Below the pieces are notes generated by a model. The model made no database searches. It was not told the origin of the DNA and worked only from the letters and a program-made list of their open reading frames with translations. DNA of 64,000 nucleotides from a bacterium (GTDB lineage Bacteria; Zhuqueibacterota; Zhuqueibacteria; Residuimicrobiales; Krinioviventaceae): NCBI GenBank assembly GCA_963674595.2, contig CAXXFV010000029.1:32001-96000 (forward strand), read 5' to 3'. Position 1 is the first letter of the stretch; each line of letters starts with the position of its first letter. A program made the translations under genes and the position numbers. This document shows, in pieces, positions 30,335 through 41,481 of the stretch.

Positions 30335-31388
30335 GCCAGACAGCTATCATTCAATTTTACATCGGATTAAAACACAAGTGCTGAATTTTTTAAAAAGAAA
30401 ATTAAATCCCGCATGTTATCAAGGAATAAGAAATAATTCCCAACATTTCGAGGGCTGGTATTTCAAAATAGTTGATAAAAATCAGCAAAATTTATATGCC
30501 ATTATACCAGGTGTTTTCATTGATAAAAATAAAACGGATAGTCACTCATTCATACAAATATTTAATGGTGTAAACAACAAAACTTATTATTACAGGTTTC
30601 CAATCGAGGATTTTCAATCAAAAGATTATGATTTTAATATTCAAATTCATTCAAATTCATTTTCTTTAAACACATTGTTATTAGATCTGGACAGTTCTTC
30701 TCTAAATATAAATGGTGAATTGAATTTTGAAAACTTGATACAATGGCCTAAAACTCTAGTTTCACCCGGTATTATGGGCTGGTATACCTGGGTACCCTTT
30801 ATGGAATGTTATCATGGTGTTTTAAGTTTAAATCATAATATTCAAGGTTATTTAAATATAAACGGTCACGATATAGATTTTTCAAACGGTAAAGGCTATA
30901 CAGAAAAGGATTGGGGAAAGTCATTTCCTGAAGCTTGGCTCTGGTGTCAATCTAACCATTTTAATACTGAAAATGTTAGTGTTACAGGATCGATTGCCAT
31001 TATACCTTGGATTAAGAGACCTTTCTTGGGTTTTATTTTTGGTCTATGGCATAATAATAAATTATATCAATTTTCTACTTATACCGGTGCGAAACTTGTT
31101 CATCTTGAAATGGAAGAAAGTAAAATCAAATCTATTTTAGAGCAAAAAAACCTGACCCTGGAATTTATCATAAATCGTAGCAATGGAGGCTTTCTTCAGG
31201 CGCCAACAATAAATGGAATGACCCATCAAATATCCGAATCAATAAAGTCAACTGTAGAGATCAAGTTATCGAAAAAATCAATCATTAAAAGTGAGACTAT
31301 TTTTAAGGACACCGGGCGACATACCGGTTTTGAAATTACAGGAGATGTTAAGCGATTGATCGAAATGTATAAAAATTTAAAATCCTGA
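30333..31388 (+). CDS. tocopherol cyclase family protein (true start probably slightly downstream)
   Basis: FEGWYFK, GIMGW..WVPFMECYHGV, GY.EKDWGKSFPEAW.W.Q. Confidence 0.85.
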   Translation: MPDSYHSILHRIKTQVLNFLKRKLNPACYQGIRNNSQHFEGWYFKIVDKNQQNLYAIIPGVFIDKNKTDSHSFIQIFNGVNNKTYYYRFPIEDFQSKDYDFNIQIHSNSFSLNTLLLDLDSSSLNINGELNFENLIQWPKTLVSPGIMGWYTWVPFMECYHGVLSLNHNIQGYLNINGHDIDFSNGKGYTEKDWGKSFPEAWLWCQSNHFNTENVSVTGSIAIIPWIKRPFLGFIFGLWHNNKLYQFSTYTGAKLVHLEMEESKIKSILEQKNLTLEFIINRSNGGFLQAPTINGMTHQISESIKSTVEIKLSKKSIIKSETIFKDTGRHTGFEITGDVKRLIEMYKNLKS

Positions 31389-31399
31389 AGGAGCAATCA

Positions 31400-32335
31400 A
31401 TGATGGATAGAAATCATCCGGGTATTACTAAAATGGTTCGAGCACCATTTTTATCGTCAATCATCAGTCCATTGATTGTCGGAACTTTACTTTCGGTTAT
31501 CATAACCGGAAAATTACAAGTATTGAATTTTATTATTGTGCTGATTATGGGAATTTGTTTACATATCGCTACCAATGTCTACAATGATATTTATGATACA
31601 AAACAAGGGACCGATAAAATCAATGTCAATCGTAATGAATTTAGCGGTGGTTCCGGTGTGCTGGTAGATCATCCGGATTTATTTCCTAAAATGTATCGTT
31701 TGGCACGATTGGGATTGATTGGTGCGGTTTTAGCAACCATTGTACTTTATTTTAACATTAATGATCGTTTACAGATTCATCTAATATTATTGTTGCTCTT
31801 TTCTTTATTCTTTAGCAAATATTATACTGCAGCGCCGGTAAAGCTGGCTTATCGGGGATTGGGTGAATTTTTTGTTTGGCTTGCCTTTGGGCCTATGGCT
31901 ATTCTTGTTGCTGCAGTAAGCCAGAATGTGGGCTTTTATAAAATAATTTGTTTGGCGATGCCGATTACAGGAATTAGTACACTCTCAATTCTTTTAATCG
32001 GTCAAATGATTGATCTTGACGCCGATAAAGCAACCGGGAAATTGGGCGTGGCGGCCAGATTTGGAAATAGAGCGACAAGTTACATCTATATGATTGTACA
32101 AATCGTATTATGTATAAATATTGTTATATTGTCAATCGTATTCTTAAAAAATGGTTGGCCTGTGTTAATAAGCCTTATTCCTTATATTATATTAATACCC
32201 AAGATTTTTAAAATTATAATTCAAAATTATGATCACCCGGAATCCATAAAAATAGCAGCGCGGTTGAACGTTTTACTTCACATATTATTTTCCTTGTTAT
32301 TTATTATAGGTTTAATTTTAATAATCGTTTTTTAG
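31400..32335 (+). CDS. UbiA/MenA-family prenyltransferase
   Basis: N..NDIYD..GTD, SGGSG, LAYRGLGE, D.D.DK..GK; multiple TM helices. Confidence 0.88.
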   Translation: MMDRNHPGITKMVRAPFLSSIISPLIVGTLLSVIITGKLQVLNFIIVLIMGICLHIATNVYNDIYDTKQGTDKINVNRNEFSGGSGVLVDHPDLFPKMYRLARLGLIGAVLATIVLYFNINDRLQIHLILLLLFSLFFSKYYTAAPVKLAYRGLGEFFVWLAFGPMAILVAAVSQNVGFYKIICLAMPITGISTLSILLIGQMIDLDADKATGKLGVAARFGNRATSYIYMIVQIVLCINIVILSIVFLKNGWPVLISLIPYIILIPKIFKIIIQNYDHPESIKIAARLNVLLHILFSLLFIIGLILIIVF

Positions 32336-32637
32336 TATAAAAGACAATAGATACAAGCTTTAATATTAAGTAAAAACGGAAACAGATCAATAATAAACTG
32401 AATATCCAGGCACACAAGTAACAGAAAAGTCTAAAAACACAGGTAACACTTTAACAAATAACAAAAAACTGCAATGGATTTTGCTCGCCCTGTGAATCTT
32501 TCCCAGGGCGTAAATCAGGCGGTATAATTACCCCGATAAATTTAAGGTTTAATGATATGATCGCCCGAAAGTTCCTACCTCTGGCCGTAATAAAGTTTTA
32601 ACGTATTATAGCTATAAATTTGGAATGTTTTATATAA

Positions 32638-33085
32638 AAGGGCAAAGCCCTTTCGTTAATCCGTCCAAGGGTATGAACCATTTGACGATAAAGTTTCCAT
32701 CGGGGATATAATCCCGAATCCATTGGTTCCGCAAGGGATTTCAAATCCCCTGCGAGCGGTGACTGGATTCCTGCTTGCGCAGGAATGACAGGCTTCGATC
32801 ACATTGTGTCCTTTGTGTGTTCTTTGTGTTCATTGTGGTAAAAAGATAACCATTAAAAAAAACCACAGCACAGAGCCGAAGGGTGACCGGATTCCTGCTC
32901 TCGCAGGAATGACAGGTTTTGATCACATTGTGTCCTTTGTGTGTTCTTTGTGTTCATTGTGGTAAAAAGATAACCATTTAAAAAGCCTCAGCACAGAGCC
33001 GAAGGGTGACTGGATTCCTGCTTGCGCAGGAATGACAGGTTTAGAATCCTCAGCGGTCCTCAGCGTTCTCTGCGCCTCTGCGTTT
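32638..33085. repeat. REP mosaic (same units as the 28.3-29.3 kb array plus a TTGATCG-family REP)
   Basis: Three GGATTCCTGCT..CGCAGGAATGAC units and two GTGGTAAAAAGATAACC units. Confidence 0.85.
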
Positions 33086-33144
33086 AAAGCATTTCTAAAT
33101 AGAACCACACCTTCCCCTCTCCCCCATTTTCCCGTATAAATAGC

Positions 33145-33173
33145 TTGCGCTAGTTCTGTATAATTTGTAATAT
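33145..33173 (+). promoter_or_regulatory. repeated promoter without RNA module
   Basis: TTGCGC-17bp(..AATTTG)-TAATAT. Confidence 0.6.
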
Positions 33174-33295
33174 TCATGTGCCGCCATCTTTTAGGATCAG
33201 GTTATAACATTTACAGTCCAATTGATGACGCGGTGAAAATGAGCATCAAAAAACCAAAGAACAAAATTCTATATCTATAAAACAACGAGGTCCGA

Positions 33296-34759
33296 GTGAC
33301 AGATTCAAACAACAATGAAAATAAAGAACAACAGGAAAAACCGCCCGAGATAACGATCGAACAACTCCCCCCGGAACTGCGTGAAGCAGCAGGGCGCATA
33401 AAATGGTCAACCCTCACTCCTGTTCAGGCCCAGTCGATTCCACCCCTGCTTGAGAAAAAGAACATGATGATTCAGGCACGCACGGGCAGCGGCAAAACAG
33501 GGGCTTTTCTTCTCCCTATGCTCAAGGGGCTCGACGCGGAACAGAAGGTCTGCCAGGCCCTCATCCTGGTGCCGACCCGGGAGCTTGCGTCGCAGGTATG
33601 GCAGGAGGCCCAAATTCTATTCGGCGAAAACAGCTTGACGTGCACCGCTGTTTATGGCGGCGTGGGTTACGGCCAACAGATAGAGGCGTTGAAAAAAGGC
33701 GCCCAGATTGTTGTAGGAACTCCCGGCCGGGTGTTGGACCACTTGCTCAAACGTACCATGGATTTAAAACATTTAAAAGTGCTGATTTTTGATGAAGCGG
33801 ACCACATGTTGTCCATGGGGTTTTATCCTGATATGAAAAAACTCCAGACTCATTTGCCGAAACGCAAAATTCACACCTGCATGTTTTCAGCAACCTTTCC
33901 GTCTTTTGTAATGAGCGTTGCAAATCAGTTTATCCGCAACCCGGAATTCCTCAGTCTAAGCAGCGAACAGGTCCATGTTGCAGAGACGCAGCATGTTTAT
34001 TATATGGTTCCGGCAATGGACAAGGATCGCGGTCTGGTTCGTATTATCGAGGTGGAAAATCCGGCATCTGCTATTATTTTTTGCAACACCAAAGCCAACG
34101 TGGAATTTGTAACCATTGTGCTGCAACGTTTTGGTTATGATGCGGACGGCTTGACGTCCGACCTGACGCAACAAGCCCGCGAGCGGGTCTTGCAGCGTCT
34201 GCGAAAGGGCACACTGCGCTTTCTGGTGGCAACCGATGTCGCGGCCCGCGGCCTCGATATTCCGGAACTCTCCCATGTCATTCAATACGAAGCATCCGAT
34301 GACCTGGAGAGTTATATTCACCGGTCGGGCAGAACCGGACGCGCGGGGGCCAGCGGCACGGCAATAACCCTGGTGAGCCGATCTGAAATGCGGCTCATAA
34401 TTCGTATAGCAAACAAATATGACATTCCCCTGCAAGAGTGGCGCTTGCCTACAGACGATGACGTTGCAAAAATTGTCGCCCAGCGCCTGACCGCGCTTTT
34501 AGAGGCAAGACTCAGGGAACGCGATAAACTGCAAACGGAACGCAGTCTCAGGTTTTTGCCGCTCGCCAGGTCGCTTGCGGAAAATGAGGACGAGTCGGCG
34601 ATCATTACAATGCTTCTGGACGATTATTATCAGGAACAAATGCATGCCCCGCTGGTGCCGCTACAGGACATTCAACCGGCAGAAACAACATCGAATAAAA
34701 CCGGTCAGGGTCCGCGCAATAAAAAATACAGGCGCTATCGCCGCAAACCGAATCAATAG
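33296..34759 (+). CDS. DEAD-box RNA helicase
   Basis: Q motif TPVQ, ARTGSGKT, PTRELA, DEAD, SAT, ARGLD, HRSGRTGRAG. Confidence 0.95.
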   Translation: MTDSNNNENKEQQEKPPEITIEQLPPELREAAGRIKWSTLTPVQAQSIPPLLEKKNMMIQARTGSGKTGAFLLPMLKGLDAEQKVCQALILVPTRELASQVWQEAQILFGENSLTCTAVYGGVGYGQQIEALKKGAQIVVGTPGRVLDHLLKRTMDLKHLKVLIFDEADHMLSMGFYPDMKKLQTHLPKRKIHTCMFSATFPSFVMSVANQFIRNPEFLSLSSEQVHVAETQHVYYMVPAMDKDRGLVRIIEVENPASAIIFCNTKANVEFVTIVLQRFGYDADGLTSDLTQQARERVLQRLRKGTLRFLVATDVAARGLDIPELSHVIQYEASDDLESYIHRSGRTGRAGASGTAITLVSRSEMRLIIRIANKYDIPLQEWRLPTDDDVAKIVAQRLTALLEARLRERDKLQTERSLRFLPLARSLAENEDESAIITMLLDDYYQEQMHAPLVPLQDIQPAETTSNKTGQGPRNKKYRRYRRKPNQ

Positions 34760-34843
34760 GTTCATGGCGTATGGAAAAGGAATTACCGGCTTGTTATGTT
34801 AAATAAGGAACATGCAAAGCCGTAGGGACCTGAGATGTCAAAC

Positions 34844-35285
34844 TGCCCGGCCTTTCGACTCCGCTCAAGGCCCGGACTCTGTGGACGTTGAGCGAAGCCG
34901 AAGGGTGGCCTCATCCTGAGCGGAGTCGAAGGGTGACTGGATTCCTGCTTTCGCAGGAATGACGGGTTTCGATCACATTGTGTCCTTTGTGTATTCTTTG
35001 TGTCCGTTGTGGTAAAAAGATAACCATTTAAAAGTGATTCAATGCAGAGGTTGCAAAGGCGCGCAGAGGGAACCGGAAATTGCCCATCCTTAAAGCGGAC
35101 GCTGCCCGGCCTTTCGACTCCGTTCAAGGACCGGATTTTGCGGACGCTGAACGGAACCGAAGCGGGTGAACAGGGTAAAGCCCATTTTTATCTAGTATCC
35201 TGGAGAAAATTTTTAAGATGATCAAACCATGTAGGGGTTAAAAATTTTTAACCCCTACACATATCAATTGATCGCCCAAAGATTT
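34844..35285. repeat. intergenic module X (second copy 39754-40167)
   Basis: Near-identical ~430-bp REP mosaic at both sites. Confidence 0.88.
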
Positions 35286-35320
35286 CCGGGGCGAGCAAAA
35301 ATTAAAGGAAAGTAGCACAA

Positions 35321-36127
35321 ATGAATAAACGAATACTTTTTGTATTGATAGTGTGTTGTATGTTTTCATCTTTGTTGAATTCAATAAAAGCGCAAACGAA
35401 CTGCACATATTATTCAAAGAACAATTGTGATCAGGATCAGATTCTTGAATTACTTGATAGCTGTCCTTGTATTTATGATATAGATACAATCAAAGAATTT
35501 ATTATTAGATTATCAATTCCCGAAATAGAATTACCAAACTCTCTATTTGAAAATTCAATCGTTAGTAAAGTAATTATTGAAGAAAGTGGAGAAATAAATG
35601 CAATTTTATTAAGTAAATCAATCAATTCAAATGCAGATAGTCTACTTGTAAATTCAATATTAGAATCAAAATTTACTCAATATAAAGATACATCATATAC
35701 AAATACTAACTATTGTATTGCATTACCATATCATATACGAAACGGAAAAATCTTTTCATCCATTTATAGTCCAATAGATATAGTTCCATCACAAATGAAA
35801 AGATTAAAAGTAAATAGAAAAACATTTACCCAAACACAACTACCTGATGATACTCCACCTAAACCGATTGACGGTTTTGATGCTATTAAAAGAAATATTG
35901 AATATCCAATATCAGAAAGAGCAGCAGGAATTCAGGGAAAAGTTGTTATAAGAGTTGTTGTTGATGATATGGGAAATATAAGTTCATATCAAGTTTTAAA
36001 ATCTCCATCAAAGAAATTAGCAAAAGCTGCATACAAGGCAATTAAATCTGTAAAGTGGGTACCAGCAAAGCAGAATGGAAAGCCCATATCTGTGTGGGTA
36101 ACAATACCAATTTATTTTAAATTATAA
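35321..36127 (+). CDS. TonB C-terminal domain protein
   Basis: YP..RAAGIQGKV.IRVVVD..G, W.PAKQNGKPI.VW..IPI.F. Confidence 0.88.
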   Translation: MNKRILFVLIVCCMFSSLLNSIKAQTNCTYYSKNNCDQDQILELLDSCPCIYDIDTIKEFIIRLSIPEIELPNSLFENSIVSKVIIEESGEINAILLSKSINSNADSLLVNSILESKFTQYKDTSYTNTNYCIALPYHIRNGKIFSSIYSPIDIVPSQMKRLKVNRKTFTQTQLPDDTPPKPIDGFDAIKRNIEYPISERAAGIQGKVVIRVVVDDMGNISSYQVLKSPSKKLAKAAYKAIKSVKWVPAKQNGKPISVWVTIPIYFKL

Positions 36128-36158
36128 TTGTTTAAAATATTGTTCACCTTGGGAATGT

Positions 36159-36528
36159 TTCCTGTGGCGCCAATCAGGCAAGGTATGTACACCGTTAAAT
36201 TTAAGGTTTTATAATTAATATGGACCCGTTATTTAAGAACGGATCAGGGCAATATGCCCTGTTTTATTTTACGGCCCGGAAAAGGAGTTCCGGGGCGAGC
36301 ATGGTTTTGCCGCACCATTGAGTATTTAATATATAAATAAATTCAGAGCCGTGTCACCCTGAGCGAAGTCGAAGGGTGACTGGATTCCTGCTTTCGCAGG
36401 AATGACGGGTTTTAAGCCCTTTGTGTGCTCTGTGACCTCTGTGAGAAAATATCCCTTCCCCATTTGCGTTTAAAGCATTTCTAAAAAAAATCACACCTTC
36501 CCCCATCTTTTTAAAAATCATTTGCGCT
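36159..36528. repeat. intergenic module Y (second copy 40183-40554)
   Basis: Near-identical ~370 bp ending in the repeated promoter. Confidence 0.88.
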
Positions 36529-36720
36529 AATACTGAATAATTTGTATTATTCATTTATCAGCCACAAAAGACTATTTTCAGGACGATTGGATCGCGCATG
36601 GGAGTTCCTGATGTTCTTTTACTGGTTTTCCACTATCTATAAAAACGGGATTTAAAAGCATACACGAGGAAAAGATTGCGTCGGAGTCCATAGTACACTC
36701 TTGTTACTCCATGGTGTTAA
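36522..36720 (+). ncRNA. promoter + leader/ncRNA module, copy I
   Basis: TTGCGC-17bp-TATTAT; TCAGGA(36578)/TCCTGA(36606); ACACGAGGAAAAGATTGCGTCGG. Confidence 0.65.
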
Positions 36721-36916
36721 TTATTGGATCAGGTATGGTTTATTGAAAATAACAGGATGTCGGTTCTGCCAACCCACTCTGAAAAATATATAAAAAAAAA
36801 TTTCAATGGTGTGTTAAAAATCCATCCGAAAATCAGGAATTTAAAATCATAAAACAAGGGATCAAAAATATAAACTTGTAACTATCCGATTTATTATATA
36901 AAACAAGGAGAAAAGC

Positions 36917-39049
36917 TTGAAAAAGACATTTATTGTTCTATTTATTTATTTTTTAATTGCTCCACTATATAGTCAGGATGGCGATTTACAGCTTTTAAAC
37001 CATTGGCCGGATGGGCCTTGTTTCGCTGTTGCTAAATACAACGATATGATTTTAATAGGTAACGGAGCTTCATTAGACATTTTAGAAATTGACGATTCTC
37101 AACAAGTAAAATGTATCGGTAGAATGACAACACCGGGCGTTATTAAGAATATTGAAATTGCGGGGCAGTTTGCTTATGTCGCTGATTATGCTTCAGGGTT
37201 ACGGATCATATCGCTTGAAAATCCGCAAACGCCATTTGAAATCGGATTTTACAAGAGTTCCTGCAGGATAAATGATGTTGCAATTAAGGGAAATTATGCC
37301 TTTTTAGGCAGCGAATCGTTTGGTGTTAGAGTACTTGATATTAGCGACCCAGCTTCCCCAAAACAGGTTTCTACTTTTGAAACAGGGCAAACGTCGATGA
37401 ACACGTTAGAGATCGTTGGGGATTTTTTATATATTGCAGATGGTTTTTCCGGGATGAAAATATTTAATATTTCCAATCCGCTGTCTCTAACCCTGGTAAA
37501 AGAGTTTGCCACGCAACACAAAGCCATGGATATTTTCATTCAAGGGGATTATGCCTTTGTTGCCGATTATTTTAAAGGACTGCGAATTATAAATATAAAC
37601 GATCCGGCAAACCCTGAAGAAATTGGATTTTATGAAAAGAGTGAAATAATGACTTGGGGTGTTTCTGTATTTGGACACTATGCTTATCTGGCAAATTCTT
37701 ATAAAGGTATTTCTGTTTTAGATATTACAGATTTGCAAAATCCGGTAGAAATTGCAACTGCCGATACACCACATTTTGCTTATAACCTGGTTGTTGATGG
37801 ACAATATATATATGTTGCTGACTGGGATTCCGGTTTGAATATTTTTGAGGCTGGTGATTCTATCGGCTCCGCTCCTGTAGCCTCCTTTGCAACAAGCGGA
37901 CAAGTTGAAGATATAGTTGTTGAAAACGATATTGCATTTGTTGCCTATGGATATTCAGGATTACATATTATTGATGTCAGCAATCCATTTAATCTACAAG
38001 AACTATGTCGCGTGAAATTCCCGGTGCCTGTAACTCATGTGCAGGTGCAGGATAAACATGTTTTTGTTTCAAATTCAAATGGACTTTATATATATGACAT
38101 ATCCAATCCCAATAGTCCCAATGAAATTGGATGGATTGAGGCAAATTGTAATAATTTTACTATCAACAACAATCTTGTTTATCTATATAACGAGGGAGCC
38201 GGTCTTGAAATTTATGATATTTCCGATATAAATAGCCCTGTTTTTATTGCAGGCTATCCGATTAATGGATATTGGTGCCATGACATTAAATACCTTAATG
38301 GTCTCGTCCTGTTGTCCATAGGAGCACCTCCAAATTCCGGGCTGCATACGATTGATGTGCGCGATATTCACAATCCCACACTTTTGGATTTTTGGGACAT
38401 ATGTTATTACACAATCAGTATTTGGAATAATTCGGCTTATTTGTTAACGGCAAGCACACCCTCCAACTCTTTATATCGTCTTGATGCAAGCAATCCCGAT
38501 GCCTTAGAGAAATCCTGGGTATTTGAATGCGTGGGATCAGATTTTTTCATCAAAGATGATCTGGCCTACTTTACAAAGCGCGATATATATATATTTGATA
38601 TGAATCAGCCTGATGGACAACCAAATGAAATAGGATACTTGCCTGATTTATGGTACAATTCAAATGAGATTTATGTTGATGAAAGTCATGTTTATGTAAA
38701 TGATCAAAATGCTGGTTTTTTTATTTTTGACCATAGTACGATCAGTTGGGTACAAAAAGAGACCGGTCCCGAAAATTCTTGCACAATGAAAAGCTATCCA
38801 AATCCATTTAATTCCAGTGTAACAATGACTTTTCAAACAAGTAAAAGCAGTCCTGTAAATTGGGCTGTTTATAATTATATGGGACAAGAGGTTTTCAGCA
38901 AAGAATGTGGTGTTATGGCTGGGGGAATCCACCAGTTTAGATGGAATGGCGAAAACCATCATGGAACACCTGCCCCTTCAGGAGTATATTATATAAAAAT
39001 AGCGACCGACCATCAAATGGAAGTACAAAAAGTTACATTGATAAAATAA
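36917..39049 (+). CDS. LVIVD-repeat secreted protein with C-terminal FlgD/T9SS-like domain
   Basis: Many 'G.YAYVAD..GLRII.I.NP..P' repeats; YPNPFNS..PSGVYYI. Confidence 0.9.
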   Translation: MKKTFIVLFIYFLIAPLYSQDGDLQLLNHWPDGPCFAVAKYNDMILIGNGASLDILEIDDSQQVKCIGRMTTPGVIKNIEIAGQFAYVADYASGLRIISLENPQTPFEIGFYKSSCRINDVAIKGNYAFLGSESFGVRVLDISDPASPKQVSTFETGQTSMNTLEIVGDFLYIADGFSGMKIFNISNPLSLTLVKEFATQHKAMDIFIQGDYAFVADYFKGLRIININDPANPEEIGFYEKSEIMTWGVSVFGHYAYLANSYKGISVLDITDLQNPVEIATADTPHFAYNLVVDGQYIYVADWDSGLNIFEAGDSIGSAPVASFATSGQVEDIVVENDIAFVAYGYSGLHIIDVSNPFNLQELCRVKFPVPVTHVQVQDKHVFVSNSNGLYIYDISNPNSPNEIGWIEANCNNFTINNNLVYLYNEGAGLEIYDISDINSPVFIAGYPINGYWCHDIKYLNGLVLLSIGAPPNSGLHTIDVRDIHNPTLLDFWDICYYTISIWNNSAYLLTASTPSNSLYRLDASNPDALEKSWVFECVGSDFFIKDDLAYFTKRDIYIFDMNQPDGQPNEIGYLPDLWYNSNEIYVDESHVYVNDQNAGFFIFDHSTISWVQKETGPENSCTMKSYPNPFNSSVTMTFQTSKSSPVNWAVYNYMGQEVFSKECGVMAGGIHQFRWNGENHHGTPAPSGVYYIKIATDHQMEVQKVTLIK

Positions 39050-39210
39050 TTATAAACAATACGCTCGTCCCGGGATTCTACGTAAGGACGCATGAACACA
39101 AGGGCTGTGTCTTTTTACTTTATTCGAGGCAGGCGTCGAATCCAGTTTACCCAGTGGACTGACTTTACCTGTTAATTACATATAATTAATTATAACTTCC
39201 TGGAGGACTT

Positions 39211-39666
39211 TTGAATTATAAAACAAACCCGTATTACGCCAGAAAAATTTTTGCTACAATAATAGACTATGGATTATTTTTAATGGCCACTATTTTATAT
39301 ACAATGCTTATTGGGAGTCCAAATGACCAAGGCGTTTATTCTGTAAATGGGGTACCCGCTCTTATCATACCGACCCTTTGGTTTTTATATTTTATTATTA
39401 TAGAAGGAGAATACTCGAACACACTCGGACATTATTTTCTTAATTTAAAAGTAGTTCAAACAAATGGACAAAAAATTTCAATAAAACATTCCTTAAAAAG
39501 AAGATTATTGGATATTATAGATTTATTTTTTTATGGAATACCTGCACTAATTACAATTTCTAAAACGCCAAACAACCAAAGGTTAGGCGATCTTTGGGCA
39601 GAAACGCTGGTCGTCCATAAAGATGATGTCGAGCATATAAAAAAATATTTTAACAATGAAAAATAA
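39211..39666 (+). CDS. RDD family membrane protein
   Basis: R.FA.IID, TLG...LKVV, QRLGD.WA.T.VV. Confidence 0.88.
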   Translation: MNYKTNPYYARKIFATIIDYGLFLMATILYTMLIGSPNDQGVYSVNGVPALIIPTLWFLYFIIIEGEYSNTLGHYFLNLKVVQTNGQKISIKHSLKRRLLDIIDLFFYGIPALITISKTPNNQRLGDLWAETLVVHKDDVEHIKKYFNNEK

Positions 39667-39753
39667 TTATCTTGTAATAAATGTGTAATAATGCCAACCA
39701 GATTAATTCACAGGTCGAAACAATGTCATCTTGGGCGGAGCTAATGAGAACGT

Positions 39754-40576
39754 TGCCCGGCCTTTCGACTCCGCTCAAAGCCCGGACTCTGTGGACGTTG
39801 AGCGAAGCCGAAGGGTGGCTGGATTCCTGCTTTCGCAGGAATGACGGGTTTCGATCACATTGTGTCCTTTGTGTATTCTTTGTGTCCGTTGTGGTAAAAA
39901 GATAACCATTTAAAAGTGATTCAATGCAGAGGTTGCAAAGGCGCGCAGAGGGAACCGAAATTTGCCCATCCTTAAAGCGGACGCTGCCCGGCCTTTCGAC
40001 TCCGCTCAAGGACCGGACTTTGCGGACGCTGAACGGAATCGAAGCGGGTGAACAGGGTAAAGCCCATTTTTATCTAGTATCCCGGAAAAAATTTTTAAGA
40101 TGATCAAACCATGCAGGGGTTAAAAATCTTTAACCGCTACACATATCAACTGAACGCCCAAAGATTTTGCTGACGCTGCAACTTCCTGTGGCGCACATCA
40201 GGCAAGGTATGTACACCGTTAAATTTAAGGTTTTATAATTAATATGGACCCGTTATTTAAGAACGGATCAGGGCAATATGCCCTGTTTTATTTTACGGCC
40301 CGGAAAAGGAGTTCCGGGGCGAGCATGGTTTTGCCGCACCATTGAGTATTTAATATATAAATAAATTCAGAGCCGTGTCACCCTAAGCGGAGTCGAAGGG
40401 TGACTGGATTCCTGCTTTCGCAGGAATGACGGGTTTTAAGCCCTTTGTGTGCTCTGTGACCTCTGTGAGAAAATATCCCTTCCCCATTTGCGTTTAAAGC
40501 ATTTCTAAAAAAAAATCATACCTTCTCCCCATCTTTTTAAAAACCATTTGCGCTGGTTCTGTAGAATTTGTATTAT
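39754..40576. repeat. modules X+Y joined directly (empty allele), ending in a promoter for dut
   Basis: Only 15 bp (40168-40182) between X and Y; TTGCGC(40548)-17bp-TATTAT. Confidence 0.85.
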
Positions 40577-40642
40577 GCATACTGTGAAATAAACAGTGCC
40601 TTTTGTGTTACATCTTAAAAACAAGGAAAAGAGAATTTTATC

Positions 40643-41077
40643 ATGCAAGTAAATATCAAAAATAATTCAAAACATCCATTGCCCCACTACTCAACCGAAC
40701 ATTCTGCCGGACTGGACCTGCGTGCAAATATCGACGAGCCCATCGTATTAAATCCCCTGGAGAGAGCGTTGGTCCCAACCGGACTGTTTATTGAGCTTCC
40801 CGAGGGATATGAAGCGCAAATTCGTCCCCGAAGCGGTTTGGCTTATAAACATGGATTATCTATATTAAATGCACCGGGAACAATCGATGCTGATTATCGG
40901 GGCGAGATTAAGGCGCTGTTGGTTAATTTGTCCAATGAACCATTCACCATACACGATGGCGATAGAGTCTGCCAAATGGTCATTGCAGCATACACAAAGG
41001 TTGATTTGATAAAAGTAGAGGAATTATCTGAAACGGTCAGGGGAGCCGGTGGATTCGGACATACCGGAAAAAAATAA
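40643..41077 (+). CDS. dut: dUTP diphosphatase
   Basis: [34 protein letters not shown]. Confidence 0.97.
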   Translation: MQVNIKNNSKHPLPHYSTEHSAGLDLRANIDEPIVLNPLERALVPTGLFIELPEGYEAQIRPRSGLAYKHGLSILNAPGTIDADYRGEIKALLVNLSNEPFTIHDGDRVCQMVIAAYTKVDLIKVEELSETVRGAGGFGHTGKK

Positions 41078-41252
41078 CTATTTAAAACCGATTTAACAGA
41101 GATCACAAAGGCGTCACCCTGAGCGGCCTTTCGACTCCGCTCAAGGACCGAGTCGAAGCGGGAGCAGGAATGACAGGTTTCGAACGCTGCGTTTAAAGCA
41201 GTTCCGAAAAGAACCCCACCTTACCCACTCCCCTATTTTTCTTAAAAATCAT

Positions 41253-41445
41253 TTGCACCGGTTTTATTTAATTTGTATTATTCTTTTGATAGCCATATTA
41301 GACTTTTCAGGACAATTGGGGCGTGCATGGGAGTCCCTGATGTCCTTTTGCAGGTTTTCCATGATTATTAAAAACGGGATTTAATTACAAAATATATTGT
41401 ATTTATATTATTTACAAAACATTACCGAATTATGCTATGTGTTTA
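41253..41445 (+). ncRNA. promoter + leader module, copy K (hairpin 1 plus alternative AT-rich tail)
   Basis: TTGCAC-17bp-TATTAT; TCAGGAC..GTCCCTGA; AAAAACGGGATTTAA; tail shared with copy L. Confidence 0.6.
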
Positions 41446-41481
41446 AATAATGATCTAAAATAAAATGAATGTGCATTAAAA

